From the NCBI RefSeq assembly GCF_036971445.1, contig NC_091469.1:116436001-116500000 (forward strand): a stretch of DNA of 64,000 nt, written 5' to 3'. Each line of letters opens with the position of its first letter. Positions within the stretch are counted from its first letter, which is position 1. Source of the DNA: Narcine bancroftii (Eukaryota). This document shows, in pieces, positions 25,219 to 36,673 of this stretch. The translations under genes and the position numbers were made by a program. The notes beneath the pieces were generated by a model. The model ran no database searches, was not told the DNA's origin, and saw only the letters and a program-made list of their open reading frames with translations.

Positions 25219-25874
25219 GTAGCAAGTAACATTTGCACCTCTAAAGTACCAGCAATGACCAGCTTCTAGGAGAGGAAGTCTAACCATCTACCTTTCATTG
25301 AATGAAGCTGAATCATTTGCTGTTACATGTACCACAATCCAGTGAAAAACTGTGTCTTGCTTGCTATACAGGCAATTCAATTTATCCTTGAGGACAAAAG
25401 GTAGTACAAAAATAAAACAAAAGTGCAAAATATAGTTTTACAGAGAAAAAATAATGGTCAGATAGTGCAAAAGCAGTATCATTTTATTAGCTTCAATTTA
25501 CAAGTAAGAGGTCCAGTCAATAGCAGAACTTTATTCGAGCTGCACAAAATTAAGAATGGCATTAGCAGGATAAAGAGGCAAAACATGTTTTGCTTATCAA
25601 AGAGGTTGATTATTTAAGTTAATTAATGAAAAAATTGGAGACAAACTGAAGTTAAAACAATTACCAAGTACAGGGTGAGTATTGAATTTGTTTCCTGAAC
25701 AGCAACTGGCAAATGAACATTTAAAAAGGACAATAAATAACCTCCCTAACAACTATAATTTTCAAACTTACTTTTAGTTCCTATTCAATTTATCTTCACC
25801 CTTTCCTCCACCTCAACACTTAAGATAATTAATTCCACACATTTACCTCTGTCATCTCCTGTCTTGAGAACAGT

Positions 25875-26670
25875 CAAGGACTGGCACATCTCAAGGATGT
25901 GTGCGTAGCCCACTGCTCTACTCTCTCTTCACCCATGATCCTGTGGCTAGGCTCAATTCCAATGCCATCGATAAATTTGCTGGTGTCATCAGCAAATGTG
26001 ATGACACCACAGTTGTTGGCAAAAATCACAGACAGCAATGAGGAAGCACACAGGAGTGAGAAGGATTAGCTAGTTGAATGGCGTCACAACAATAACCTTG
26101 CACTCAATGTCAGCAAAATTAAAGAATTGATTATGAACTTCAGGAAGGAAAAAAACAGGAGAACACATAACAGTCCTCATTGAGGGTTCAGCAGTGGAAA
26201 GGGTAAAGAACTTCAAATTTGTGGTAGTTAACATCTCTGAAGATCTATTCTGGGGCCTTCATGTCAATGCAATCATTAAGAAGGCTTGCTAATGGCTTTC
26301 CTTCTTTGGGAGTTTGAGGAGATTTGGTATGTCACCAAGACTCTTGCAAACTTCTTCAGATGTACCATGAAGGGCATTCTGACTGGTTTTATCGTTATCT
26401 GGTATGGAGATGCCAATGCACAGGACAGGAAAAGGCTACAGAGAGTTGTGAACTCAACCAATTCTATCATGCGCATTAGTCTTCACTCCATTAAGGACAT
26501 CTACAAGAGGCAGTATCTCAAGAAAGCAGTCTGTATCATCAAGGATGCTCACTACCCAGGCTATGCTCTCTTCTCACTGCTACCATCAGGAAGGAGAAAC
26601 AGAAGTCTGAAGACAAACACCCAACAGCTTCTTTCCATCCACCATGAGAATTCTGAATGGACAATGAACC
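25875..26670 (+). mobile_element. Rex1/Babar-like LINE 3' fragment
   Basis: ORF 26286..26705 (KTLANFFRCTMKGILTGFIVIWYG...LLPSGRR) typical of the Rex1 ORF2 C-terminus. Confidence 0.75.
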
Positions 26671-26687
26671 ACAAACACTACCTCATT

Positions 26688-26879
26688 GGGGGGTTTAGGG
26701 GTTAAAAATAGTTTCTTTTCTTTTAGTCTTAGTTTTTAGTTGTCAGGGGGAGATTTTGAGATTGGTATTGTATTAATTATGTTACTTTGTATTTGTATTA
26801 CTTCGTTTTGTATTTTTTTTGTATGTGAATTACTGACTTTCTTTATATGTTAAAATTAATAAATAAAGTTTCAAAAAAA
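26688..26879 (+). mobile_element. 5'-truncated L1-type 3' tail with poly(A)
   Basis: AATAAA plus A tail, flanked by a 15-bp TSD AAACACTACCTCATT (26673-26687, 26880-26894). Confidence 0.75.
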
Positions 26880-26913
26880 AAACACTACCTCATTTTTTTC
26901 TCTTCTTTTGTAC

Positions 26914-28101
26914 TGTGACAGATAACATTATATTTTATATTGTATATAAATGTGCCTCACTGACAAAAGACAAAGGAGGAAAAACCCAACACCCAACCCC
27001 AACCAACCAATTTTCCCTTGCAACCGTGTCTGCCTGTCCCGCATCGGACTTGTCAGACACAAATGAGCCTGCAGCTGACGTGGACATTACCCCTCCATAA
27101 ATCTTCGTCCGCGAAGCCAAGCCAAAGGAAGGATATAAATGTGCTTTAAAGGAGATAAATTATGGCAAGTATTTTAGTGTAGGACACAAAAACATACAAA
27201 ACACTTAACAAAACAGATCTCATTTAAAATGCCAGAGCTCTGCTCAACCCAGACAGTGCAGGCTCCAGGTGCCTTTGCAAAAACTTTGAAGGATGCTTAT
27301 AAGGCCTTCACAAGTAGGTGTTAATTGGATATGCTGTGGAGTAATGGATTATTGTTTTGAAAAGCGACAGATGAACTCAGAAAATTAGGTCTGGAGCCAC
27401 AGTCCGTCTGAAAGAAATTGGCTGTTTGAAGAGGGTCACGAGTGAGAGTTCAGTTCAACAGTTAAGCAGCAGCAGCTGGGACTAGAACATGACAAGCTTG
27501 TGGAAAAAACCCATTTTGAAGACGGGTTGTGAGCTCTCGTCAACGTCCTTGTGGTCCACACAAGAGGAGATGGCTGGCTGCATAATATTTCACTTGAATT
27601 AAGGGAAACAGAAAAGGAACTCTGTGGTGACCTGAAAGAAAGAGGTTATCATCTGGAAAACCCTGATGGGGCAAGTTTTTTCGGCAAGACACTGAAGTGG
27701 CTGATCAGAAGGAATCAGTTGTGGGTGTCCAATAAGCAACAAAAACCAACAAGAACCTTCTTGAGCAGTAACCATATACCTTTTCAGCACCAAAGCCTGG
27801 TGAAGATTCATAAATGTTAAATTCTGTGCACAGTATAAGAATTGTCTGCAACCAGTGAACTTGGAGGAATGAGAAGTAAGATTGGACTGCAAATCAAATA
27901 ACTTTTTTTGAACTTACACACACATCACATACTTGTGTGCTTAGAATTAGAAGGGAGTTAAGTTAAGTTAATAGTAAAACGTTAAAGTCCGATCCTGTTT
28001 TCATGTTTAAAGATAATTAAAAGCAACTTTTGTTTAAGTGAACATTTGTCCTGGTGAATTTCTATCCCTGCTGGGTTTTGGGGTCCTCTGGGTTCACAGT
28101 A
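26914..28101 (-). mobile_element. LTR family A solo LTR with 4-bp TSD GTAC
   Basis: Reverse complement of the family A copies; GTAC on both flanks; hosts an RTE insert. Confidence 0.75.
26956..27132 (+). mobile_element. RTE-clade LINE 3' tip
   Basis: Near-identical to 39040-39226; 12-bp TSD ATATAAATGTGC. Confidence 0.85.
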
Positions 28102-28735
28102 GTACTAATTTTTTTTTTAAATACCAATTTTGCACCTGTAATACTGCCGCATAACAAGAAATTCCATGACACATCTTCATGATAATAAATTCTGATTTTG
28201 AGATGGGAGGAGGTAGTGGGGAAAGCTGCTTTAGTGAGTACTTTCACATTTTCTGTTGCAAAAACAAGGGCCTTGCAATGGTCAGCCATTTCTTTTCCAC
28301 CCCTGCACTAACACATATTTGGCCATGGCCTCATGTACTGCTAGATTGACCACATGTACAAATTGTAAGAATGACACCTCTTATTCTTTCTTGGCAGTCT
28401 CCAACCAGACGCCATCAATATTGACCTCCAATTTATAGTAACCCCCAACCCTCATTCTCTTGATTTCCTTCCTCCCACTCCCCCAGCCTCTTCTCTTCCT
28501 TTCTCCTATTTCAGCCCTTTCCCATTCACAACACAACACCTCTGAACTTCAACGAGTATGGAACACTTGACTTTTCATCCAACTTTTGTGCTTTGTCTGT
28601 GTAATTGTAATTCTTCCCAAGTCTTGGAGACCTCCTCTCATACCCTCCAAGGACATATATTTCTGCCAGATTTGTCTGTTTTCCAAGGAATCCAACCGAT
28701 TGAATTCCTAAAAATAGGCATCTCACAGTCTAAAC

Positions 28736-30251
28736 CAGTGGTGTCAAACTCAAATTCACAGAGGGCCAAAATTAAAAACTTGGACTAAGTCGTGGGCCAA
28801 ACTAAGTATTTATTGAAAATTTTCAACAACATCTGCATGTTTTCTCTTCTTTCAACATATGTAATGTTAAACTTTTTCTTATTAAAATAAATGTTTAATA
28901 ATAGTTTTGGTTAAACTCTTTCCAGAAGAAGCATTAACAAATGAGAAATAAAAAATTCAATAAATAATATTTCTCTATAGCTTTTCTTCTTCTTTGGCTT
29001 GGCTTCGCGGACGAAGATTTATGGAGGGGGTAAATGTCCACGTCAGCTGCAGGCTCGTTTGTGGCTGACAAGTCCGATGAGGGACAGGCAGACACAGTTG
29101 CAGCGGTTGCAGGGGAAAATTGGTTGGTTGGGGTTGGGTGTTGGGTTTTTCCTCCTTTGCCTTTTGTCAGTGAGGTGGGCTCTGCGGTCTTCTTCAAAGG
29201 AGGTTGCTGCCCGCCAAACTGTGAGGCGCCAAGATGCACGGTTTGAGGCGATATCAGCCCAATGGCGGTGGTCAATGTGGCAGGCACCAAGAGATTTCTT
29301 TAGGCAGTCCTTGTACCTTTTCTTTGGTGCACCTCTGTCACGGTGGCCAGTGGAGAGCTCACCATATAACACGATCTTGGGAAGGCGATGGTCCTCCATT
29401 CTGGAGACGTGACCCATCCAGCGCAGCTGGATCTTCAGCAGCGTGGACTCGATGCTGTCGACCTCTGCCATCTCGAGTACTTCGACGTTAGGGATGAAAG
29501 CGCTCCAATGAATGTTGAGGATGGAGCGGAGACAACGCTGGTGGAAGTGTTCTAGGAGCCGTAGGTGATGCCGGTAGAGGACCCATGATTCGGAGCCGAA
29601 CAGGAGTGTGGGTATGACAACGGCTCTGTATACGCTTATCTTTGTGAGGTTTTTCAGTTGGTTGTTTTTCCAGACTCTTTTGTGTAGTCTTCCAAAGGCA
29701 CTATTTGCCTTGGAGCTCCTTTTAAATGTATTTTTTTTTCCACAAGCCAACAAGTCAAAAAAATAACAACTTGCTTCAATGAAAATCCAATCTTTCAACT
29801 ATGAACAGTCCAAAGTTAACCAAAGAAAATATTAATCCAAGCTTAGCTTGCTACACTGTGATTTACTCTGATGCACCTGGGTCTAAAGCAGATACTTGGC
29901 ATCTCTTCGTAGATGCAAGTTCATCAAACTCTGGGGTCAGAGTTTGCCTCCCCACCTGTATTGAAAGGTCCTGTTTTCTGTCTTTCGTTTGGCCATTTTT
30001 CGTAAGTTAGGCGACAGGTCGCAGATGCTAATGAAAGTAAAGAGAGGAGGTGGGGGCGATTAGCGGGCTGACGGGCCGGCGCCAACGCATTTGCAAAGCA
30101 TTCTGGGATTTGTAGTATTAGCTGTGCATGCGCTATACTGGCGCGGCGGCCAGCGGGCCAGCTCTAATACATATTTGATATGATCTTGCGGGCCAAATAT
30201 AATTATATCACGGGCCAAATTTGGCCCGCGGGCCTGAGTTTGACATGTGTG
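28736..30251 (-). mobile_element. Non-autonomous hAT (Charlie/GTF2IRD2-type) DNA transposon, interrupted by RTE
   Basis: TIR CAGTGGTGTCAAACTC / GAGTTTGACATGTGTG; TSD GTCTAAAC/GTCTAAAT; minus strand keeps transposase N-terminus MAKRKTENRTFQYRW next to C-terminus LTPEFDELASTKRCQVS. Confidence 0.8.
28985..29713 (-). mobile_element. RTE-clade (BovB-like) LINE 3' portion, young
   Basis: ORF 29043..29798: KANSAFGRL...LRWMGHVSRM..RLPKIVLYGEL..CNRCN..GLVSHKRAC; GAA-type tail; CpGs retained. Confidence 0.92.
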
Positions 30252-30519
30252 GTCTAAATATTTCCTTCAGAGTCAAGTTTTAGATTTTCAATGTTGTGAA
30301 GCTGGGACGTCAATAAGGTTAGGCACAAATGTGTTGGTCAAAGTGCAGAAAAATGCATGGACATCATGAGAATATTACACCCCTCCCCCCCGAAAAAAAC
30401 CGGAATAATGTTTACAAAATATAGCCAAGAATGATCCTCTGAAAAGATTCATCCCATTCACACATATTACAAAATACTATAACAAAAGAAATGCCAAGCA
30501 ATATGCAAATAGTAGACTC

Positions 30520-30720
30520 AGTGCAGCCCCGTCCCCCCCCCGTCCCCCCCATCTCCTACCTCATGCCACCCTCCCCACTTCATGCTCCCCCTTCCTCGTG
30601 TCCCCCGCCCAGTCCCCCCGATTCCCCCACCTCATGCCACCCTCCCCACTTCATGCTCCCCCTTCCTCGTGTCCCCCGCCCTGTCCCGTCCCCCTATCGT
30701 GTCCACCGTCCCCCGTCGCC
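30520..30720. repeat. C-rich tract with a ~50-bp unit repeated ~71 bp apart, in AK6 intron 1
   Basis: cctcatgccaccctccccacttcatgctcccccttcctcgtgtcccccgcc at ~30559 and ~30630. Confidence 0.8.
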
Positions 30721-30730
30721 GCTCTCCCAC

Positions 30731-30761
30731 CTGACAGCAGAATATTCGGCCGCTTCTCCAT
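30731..30761 (-). CDS. AK6: AK6 coding exon 1: MEKRPNILLS(G)
   Basis: ATG at 30761, PNILL motif, CAG|GTGGGA phase-1 donor completing the first Walker A Gly; the five exons total 519 nt = 172 aa + stop. Confidence 0.93.
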
Positions 30762-31121
30762 AGTGCAAGCACGAGTCCCTACTTCTCAGGGGCCTTCGAT
30801 TGACAGTGGCCGTCTCCGACTGCGTCATAGCTTATCCTGCCACACAATCCGAAATGATCAAAACATTTCATCGATCAATATGTTATAGTTTCACATTGAC
30901 TTATTTGATATTGATTCTACTTGAAACAAGGCTTGTTTTTTTTAAAAAAAAAAAATAACATCAGCTCAACGTTGAAATACCTCAGGCAAAGCTAAGGACA
31001 ACTAAATGACAGCGAGAACGGACCCCAGATGAAAGGAGGGTGCCAGGGTGAGGGAGTGTTGCTGCGTTAAAACGGAGCGAGAGCTGAGGTTTTTGTGGCA
31101 CGACGTCTGTTGGATATTCAG
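30762..31121. promoter_or_regulatory. RAD17: AK6/RAD17 bidirectional promoter and probable RAD17 non-coding exon 1 (donor CAG|GTGTGT after 31121)
   Basis: CpG-containing region between the divergent genes; head-to-head order as in human; TSS not defined. Confidence 0.55.
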
Positions 31122-32174
31122 GTGTGTGTTCAATGAATAGTAGGTTGTTGTGAACACTTCAGTGGCCAAAGTCCCGTGAACGTTTAGTCTTGTCCCTGTG
31201 TCGCTCTCTATCTCCACCGCTCTTCCGTCTATCACAAGGGAATAGAAATCTGATATAAAAATCATTCTCTGTTTTTAGTCCTTTAAACTGTCCCTTTAAA
31301 CCTAGGGATCATCATCTTATCTTCTGACTTGATACACTTCAGCCGATTACAGGACCAACAATTTCAGACAACCAGCCCTTCCAAATTGTATCAGAACTGC
31401 CATGTTCAGGCGAAAGATTGTTAACTAAATACATCAATTTAATCTTTCCTCTTTCTATAAATGAAGCACGACCCGCTATTTCGAGTATACTCTTATTCAG
31501 AATTCCAGCGTCTCCAAAATTTTGAGTTTCACAATCCAAATCATTGGTTTGGTTTTCCTTTTCTGTTTTAATTTATCTACCTCTAATTTCATCTCCTCCA
31601 TGCAGATAGACTGCAATTAGTCAGGATTCATCCTGATCCATTCCCAGCCAGCACTAGTCCTTCTTCATTTGTGTTCTCTTGCTTACATTCCCTTTACTCC
31701 TTTTTCTGCAATCTGTCTGATTTCTCCTTTTTTTTTCTCCTGTTGAAGGCTTATTGTCATGAAACATTAATTTTTTTTTAACACTAATGCAGTGTAACGC
31801 TGAGTATTTGCACCATTTTCCAATTATTATTAGAGATTTATAAAGTCATGACCGTTGGTGTCAGAAGTGAGTCATAAACTTTTCTTTTTATGTTCCTGCC
31901 TTCCTGATATTAAATATTATTTAAATTAATGAGAATTAGTGATTTTCTAAGCATATTTTAACTGTTTTAAGGTTTTATGTGCAAATAGTTAATCTTGCAG
32001 TTTATTTATGTCAATTTATTTACTAGCTAACCACATTTTTTGATTGTCATCTACAATTTCCTAGACACAAAAATTGAATTATTTATGGTGCCACTGTTTT
32101 GTACCTCATTATATAATTTCAATTTTATTTGAAAAGACATCTGATAAGAAAATTTGTTGATTCGATGCTAATTA

Positions 32175-32995
32175 AGTCGTAGAGTTTTACAGCATGGAAA
32201 GAGGCCCACCATTTCAAATTCTCCACGTCCCCTTTTGGTCCCTCTGAACCTTTCCTACATCAGTACTTGTCAAAATATTATTTAAATGTTGCAATTGTAT
32301 CCACCTCTACCATTTCCTCTTTCCACTACATTCTGAATGGCAAAACCTTTCTATCAGGCTCCCTTTAAATCAATTTCCTCTGGTTTTAGACTTTCCTTCA
32401 CTGGGGGGAAAAAAGAAAATGACTAAATTGCTTATTAATTTAATATGCCTCTAACAAGGTCATTCTTCAGCCTTTTGTGTTCCGGGAAGAAAAGTCCCAG
32501 TCTTTCCTTGTAACTCAAGCCCTTCACTCCTGATAACAGCAACCATACTCCCACATGCTAGCAGAATATTTGGCGGCTTATTCATGGTGCAATCACGAGT
32601 CCCAACTTCTCAGGGTCCTTCACTTGATTGTGGCCATCTTCTAATGTGTCTTGGCTCATCCTGCCTCAAAATGCAAAATTATCAAGCATTTCATAGATCA
32701 ACATTTCTTAATTTCACTGACTTGTTTGATATTGATTCTATTGGAAACAAAGCTTCTCTTTATATTCTTGTGAATGTTTTCTGTTTCTTTTCTACTGTAA
32801 TGGCATCTTTCTGATAGTTGAGTGACCAAAACTGCACAGCATATTCCAAGTGTGATCTCGTCAACATCTTGAACAGTTGTATCGTGACATCCCAACTCAT
32901 GTACTCATTGCTTTGATTGATGAAGGCAATGATCAAGCATACTAAATTCCTTCTTCACCACCCTGTCTACCTATGTAGCTACTTTCAATAAAGTC
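32175..32995 (-). mobile_element. Old CR1 3' fragment split by a duplicated AK6 exon-1 segment
   Basis: CR1 sequence ...taactcaagcccttcactcctgataac stops at ~32540 and resumes ...attcttgtgaatgttttctg at ~32764. Confidence 0.7.
32555..32585 (-). pseudogene. AK6: Duplicated AK6 exon 1 (MNKPPNILLA): pseudo-exon or alternative first exon
   Basis: Segment 32548-32755 aligns by eye to 30724-30934; ATG, 31-nt length and GTGGGAG donor kept. Confidence 0.8.
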
Positions 32996-33645
32996 CTCGA
33001 TTTTACTTCTGGGTCCTTGTACTTGATACATGGAGGACCCAGGACATCTGGAGTGGCATCCAACAGTGCACAAATTGTGTGATGATACTATTTCCTGAAT
33101 TTTCATTGATGTGACCAGTATGGACTGCACACGTAGAAATTCATTTTAATACTTGAGGATTTCCCAATGTTAGTGGAAAGTACTTGAAGCTCATTTTTCA
33201 TGAGTCCCCTTCCTTCTTTCTATAAACTACACCAGTGATGGCTTTTTTTCTTTAAAAATTTGAGTATGAACTTAATTATAGTTGTTGGATACAATTGAAA
33301 ACAGATTTTCCAACAACTATGTTGTTGGAATTTAACTTGGAGAAATGTGAAGTAATGTTTTTTGGGAAGTTAAACCAGAGTATGACATACATATTGAATG
33401 GCATGGCCCTGCAGTGTGTTGTAGAAAGAAAGATCCAGGGTTAAAAGTACAGTAGAGGTAGGGTTCCCTTAAAAATAGCAACACACATAGACAAGTTGGT
33501 GAAGAAGGTGTATGGTGCACTTGCCTTTGTTGGATGGGGAATTGAGTACAAGATTTGGAACATCATGTTACAGCTGTATGAAGCATTAGTGTGACCACAC
33601 TTGGAATATTGTGAGGTTTTGATTGGAGGACTATAGGAAGCAAAA

Positions 33646-34621
33646 TGTTACGAGCCCAAAGGATCCCAAAACCCAGCAGCAATAGATATTCACCAAGACA
33701 AATGGTTGCTTAAACAAAAGTTGTTTTTAATTATCTTTAAACACGAAAATAAAATCAAACTTTAACTTATCTCTATTGACTTCCCTCACCTAACTTGACC
33801 CCCTTCTAATTCTAAGCGCACATGTACGTAATATGTGTAAGTTCAGAAAAGTTCTTTGGTTCACAGTTCAATCTCACTTCTCTTTCTTCCAAGTTCACTG
33901 GTTGCAGGCAATTCTTATATTGTGCACAGAATTTAACATTTATAAAGTTCTCCAAGTTTTGGTGCTTGAAAGGTAAATGGTTACCACTCAGGAAGGTTCT
34001 TGTTGGTTTTCAGAGAGAGATTTATTGTTCCTTTATAATCAGTCACTTCATTGTCTTGTTGATGAAACTTGCCCCTTCAGGGTTCTCCAGATGATAACCT
34101 CTTTCTTTCAGGTCACTACTGAGTTCCTTTCTGTTTCTCTTATTCCAAGAGAAACATTAGACATCCAGTCCTCTCCTCTTGCACAAGGGTTTTAACTGGG
34201 CCGGATTTCAAAATGGGGCATTCCATAAGCTTGCCAGCTTGTCCTGTTCCAGTCCCAGCTACTTCTGCTGGCTGTAATTCTGTGGAACTGATATCTCTCT
34301 CTCTCTCTCTCACAGAGATAAAGCCTGTTTGACTCTCTCTGCTTGCAAAACCACATGACCCTCTCAGAACAGCAAGCACTCTTCCAGACAGCAGCGGCTC
34401 CGACATGCTCTTTCATCCGTTGCCTTTTGTAAACAACCTATTAGTGAAGTCTCTTGAGCACTCTTCAAAGCTCTTGCAAAAGCTGTCAGGCACCAATACG
34501 TCTAGCATTAGCAGAGCTCCAGTATTTCAAATGAGATCTGTTTTAAAGTATTTGTATGTGACCTAATCTAACAAACCTTTTCCCAATTTATCTCCGAAAA
34601 ACATCTATATTCTCTGTCACA
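33646..34621 (+). mobile_element. LTR family A full-length solo LTR
   Basis: TGTTAC...GTCACA termini, ~975 bp. Confidence 0.8.
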
Positions 34622-34694
34622 ACATGATCAAGCTAGAGAGCATACAGAAAAGATTCATAAGGATGTGGTAGGGACTGAAGGGATTGAATTATAG

Positions 34695-35050
34695 CAGTGG
34701 TTCCCAAACATTTTCAGGCTGCCTCCCCCTTGGCCTCTAGACCACATCCCGAGTGCCCCCCCCATACAACGACGCTGGGGAGAGTTGGTAGCAGCGGCAG
34801 TGCTGAGCAGGGGTGGTAGTGACACCAATACAACATGGTGGCCACCAAGACCAGCTCTCACGAGACCAGAAAATTACTGCACTGGCTTCTTTATTAAACT
34901 TTGCAGCAGACTGAGTGCTCAGAATGCGCCCCCCCCAACCCCCTTTTCTCTCTCTGCCCCCTGACCGACACTTTTCTCTCACTACCTCCTTTGATCTTTC
35001 CTCCGCCCACAGGGGGTGGGGGGGGCCCGCAGCGGGCACATTGGGAATCA
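34695..35050. mobile_element. hAT-type MITE
   Basis: CAGTGGTTCCCAAAC...TTGGGAATCA termini inside the CR1. Confidence 0.55.
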
Positions 35051-35334
35051 TGAAGTTGTAGGAAAGATTAGGATAGGCTGGATCTATTTTCCCTGGAATG
35101 AAGGAGGCTAACATGAGATGAGATAGAGGTTTTATAAAATCATGAGGTGCATAGATAAGTTGGGTTGTCACTGTCTTTTTCCCATGGTGTGGGAGTCTAA
35201 AACATGAGGGGATTTGGTTCAAGGTGAGAGGGGAAAGATTTAAAGGGGTTATGAGAACCAAGTTTTTACACCAAGGATAAGTGGGTATTTGAGACCAACT
35301 GCAGAGGAAGTGATAGTGATGGGTACAATTATTC

Positions 35335-36450
35335 ATATTTATTGTCAGAGTACATGCATAATATCACCCTGAGATTCTTCTTCCCGTGGGCAAGGCAGAA
35401 TTACCACATTGGTGGTGCAAAAAAATTGTACTAGATATATACATGTAAACAAATAAATATATGTAAACAATCTGTCTGCAATGCAGAGAGGAAAAAAAAA
35501 CAATGAAGTGCAAAAGTAAGAGTCCTTAAATGAGTCCCTAATTGAGTTTATTGTTGAGTCTATTGGTGGAGGAATAGCAGCTGTTCTTGAACCTGGTGGT
35601 GCACATCTTGAGGCCCTTGTACCTCTTTTCTGTTGGTAGCAGTGAGCACAGGGTGTGTGTGGATCCTTGATGATTGCCGCTGGTCTTCAGTAGATGTTCT
35701 CAATGGTGGGGATGGTTTTACCTATGATGTCCTGAGCTGTGTCCACTTTTTTTTTGCAGGGGTTTATGCTATAGGATATTGGTGTCCCCATATCAAACTA
35801 GGATGCAGCTGGTCAGCACACTTTCTACCACACATCTGTAGAAATTTGCCAGGGTTTTTGATGTCAGGCCAAACCTCTGCAATCTCCTGAGGAAGAAGAG
35901 GTGCTGACATGCTTTCTTCATGATGGCATTAGTGTGTTGGGTCCAGGAAAGATCCTGCAAGATAGTTGACTCCCAAGAAATTAAATTTGCTGATCCTCCA
36001 CCTATTTGTATACCTCTTGTTTTTCCTTCTTGAAGTGGACAGTTCTCCCCTTGGTTTTGGTGACGTTGTTGTTGTTAGTGCATTATTCAGCCATGTTTAC
36101 AATCTCCATCCTGTCTGTTGACACATTCCCCTTTTTATACAACCATTACCATAGTATTGTCAGTGAATTTATAGATGGTGTTGTTGTCGTACCAAGAAAC
36201 GCAGTCATAGTACATAGTGGGTAGAGCAGGAGGCTAAGAACACAGCCCTGTGGTGCTCTGGTACTGATGAAGATTGTGGAGGAGATGTTCTTACCAATTG
36301 TCACTGACTGTGGTCTGGCAGTGAGGAAATCAAGGATCCAATTACACAGTGGGGTGTTGAGTCCCACATCTTGGAGTTTGCTGATCAGTTTTGAGGGGAT
36401 TATAGTGTTAAATGCCAAACTGTAGTCGATAAAGAGCAACTTGATGAATG
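35335..36450 (-). mobile_element. Rex1/Babar-like LINE RT fragment
   Basis: ORF 36146..36493: LFIDYSLAFNTIIPSKL...CNWILDFLT..PQGCVLS. Confidence 0.85.
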
Positions 36451-36628
36451 CATATTTTAAATTATAATGTTTTAGACATGTAAACAGATACATTGATAGG
36501 CAAGATTTGGAGGGATTTGGGGCAAATAGTGCAAAAGGGACCAGTTCAGGAATGCACCTTGATTGGCTTGGACAAGTTGGGCCTCGGGGTCTGTTTCCAT
36601 CCTGTATGACTCGATGAATGGAGAGTTC

Positions 36629-36673
36629 ATGGTGTCAAGATCTCTTCTCAGCAGAACGATTGCTTCTGCTAAG
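36629..36673 (+). pseudogene. RAD17: Duplicated RAD17 first coding exon (MVSRSLLSRTIASAK): pseudo-exon or alternative exon
   Basis: Aligns to 37226-37270; same 45-nt length, ATG and AAG|GTAAA phase-0 donor; no clear acceptor. Confidence 0.75.

Larger units (their letters stand above)
33330..36617 (+). mobile_element. Old CR1 3' region fragmented by nested LTR, hAT MITE and Rex1 insertions
   Basis: Colinear CR1 pieces at 33330-33645, 34622-34690, 35050-35335 and 36460-36617 (tail ctgtatgactcgatga). Confidence 0.7.

Noticed and set aside
28934-29491. Several overlapping ORFs here and at 38806-39283
   Set aside because: Alternative frames of the GC-rich RTE 3' end
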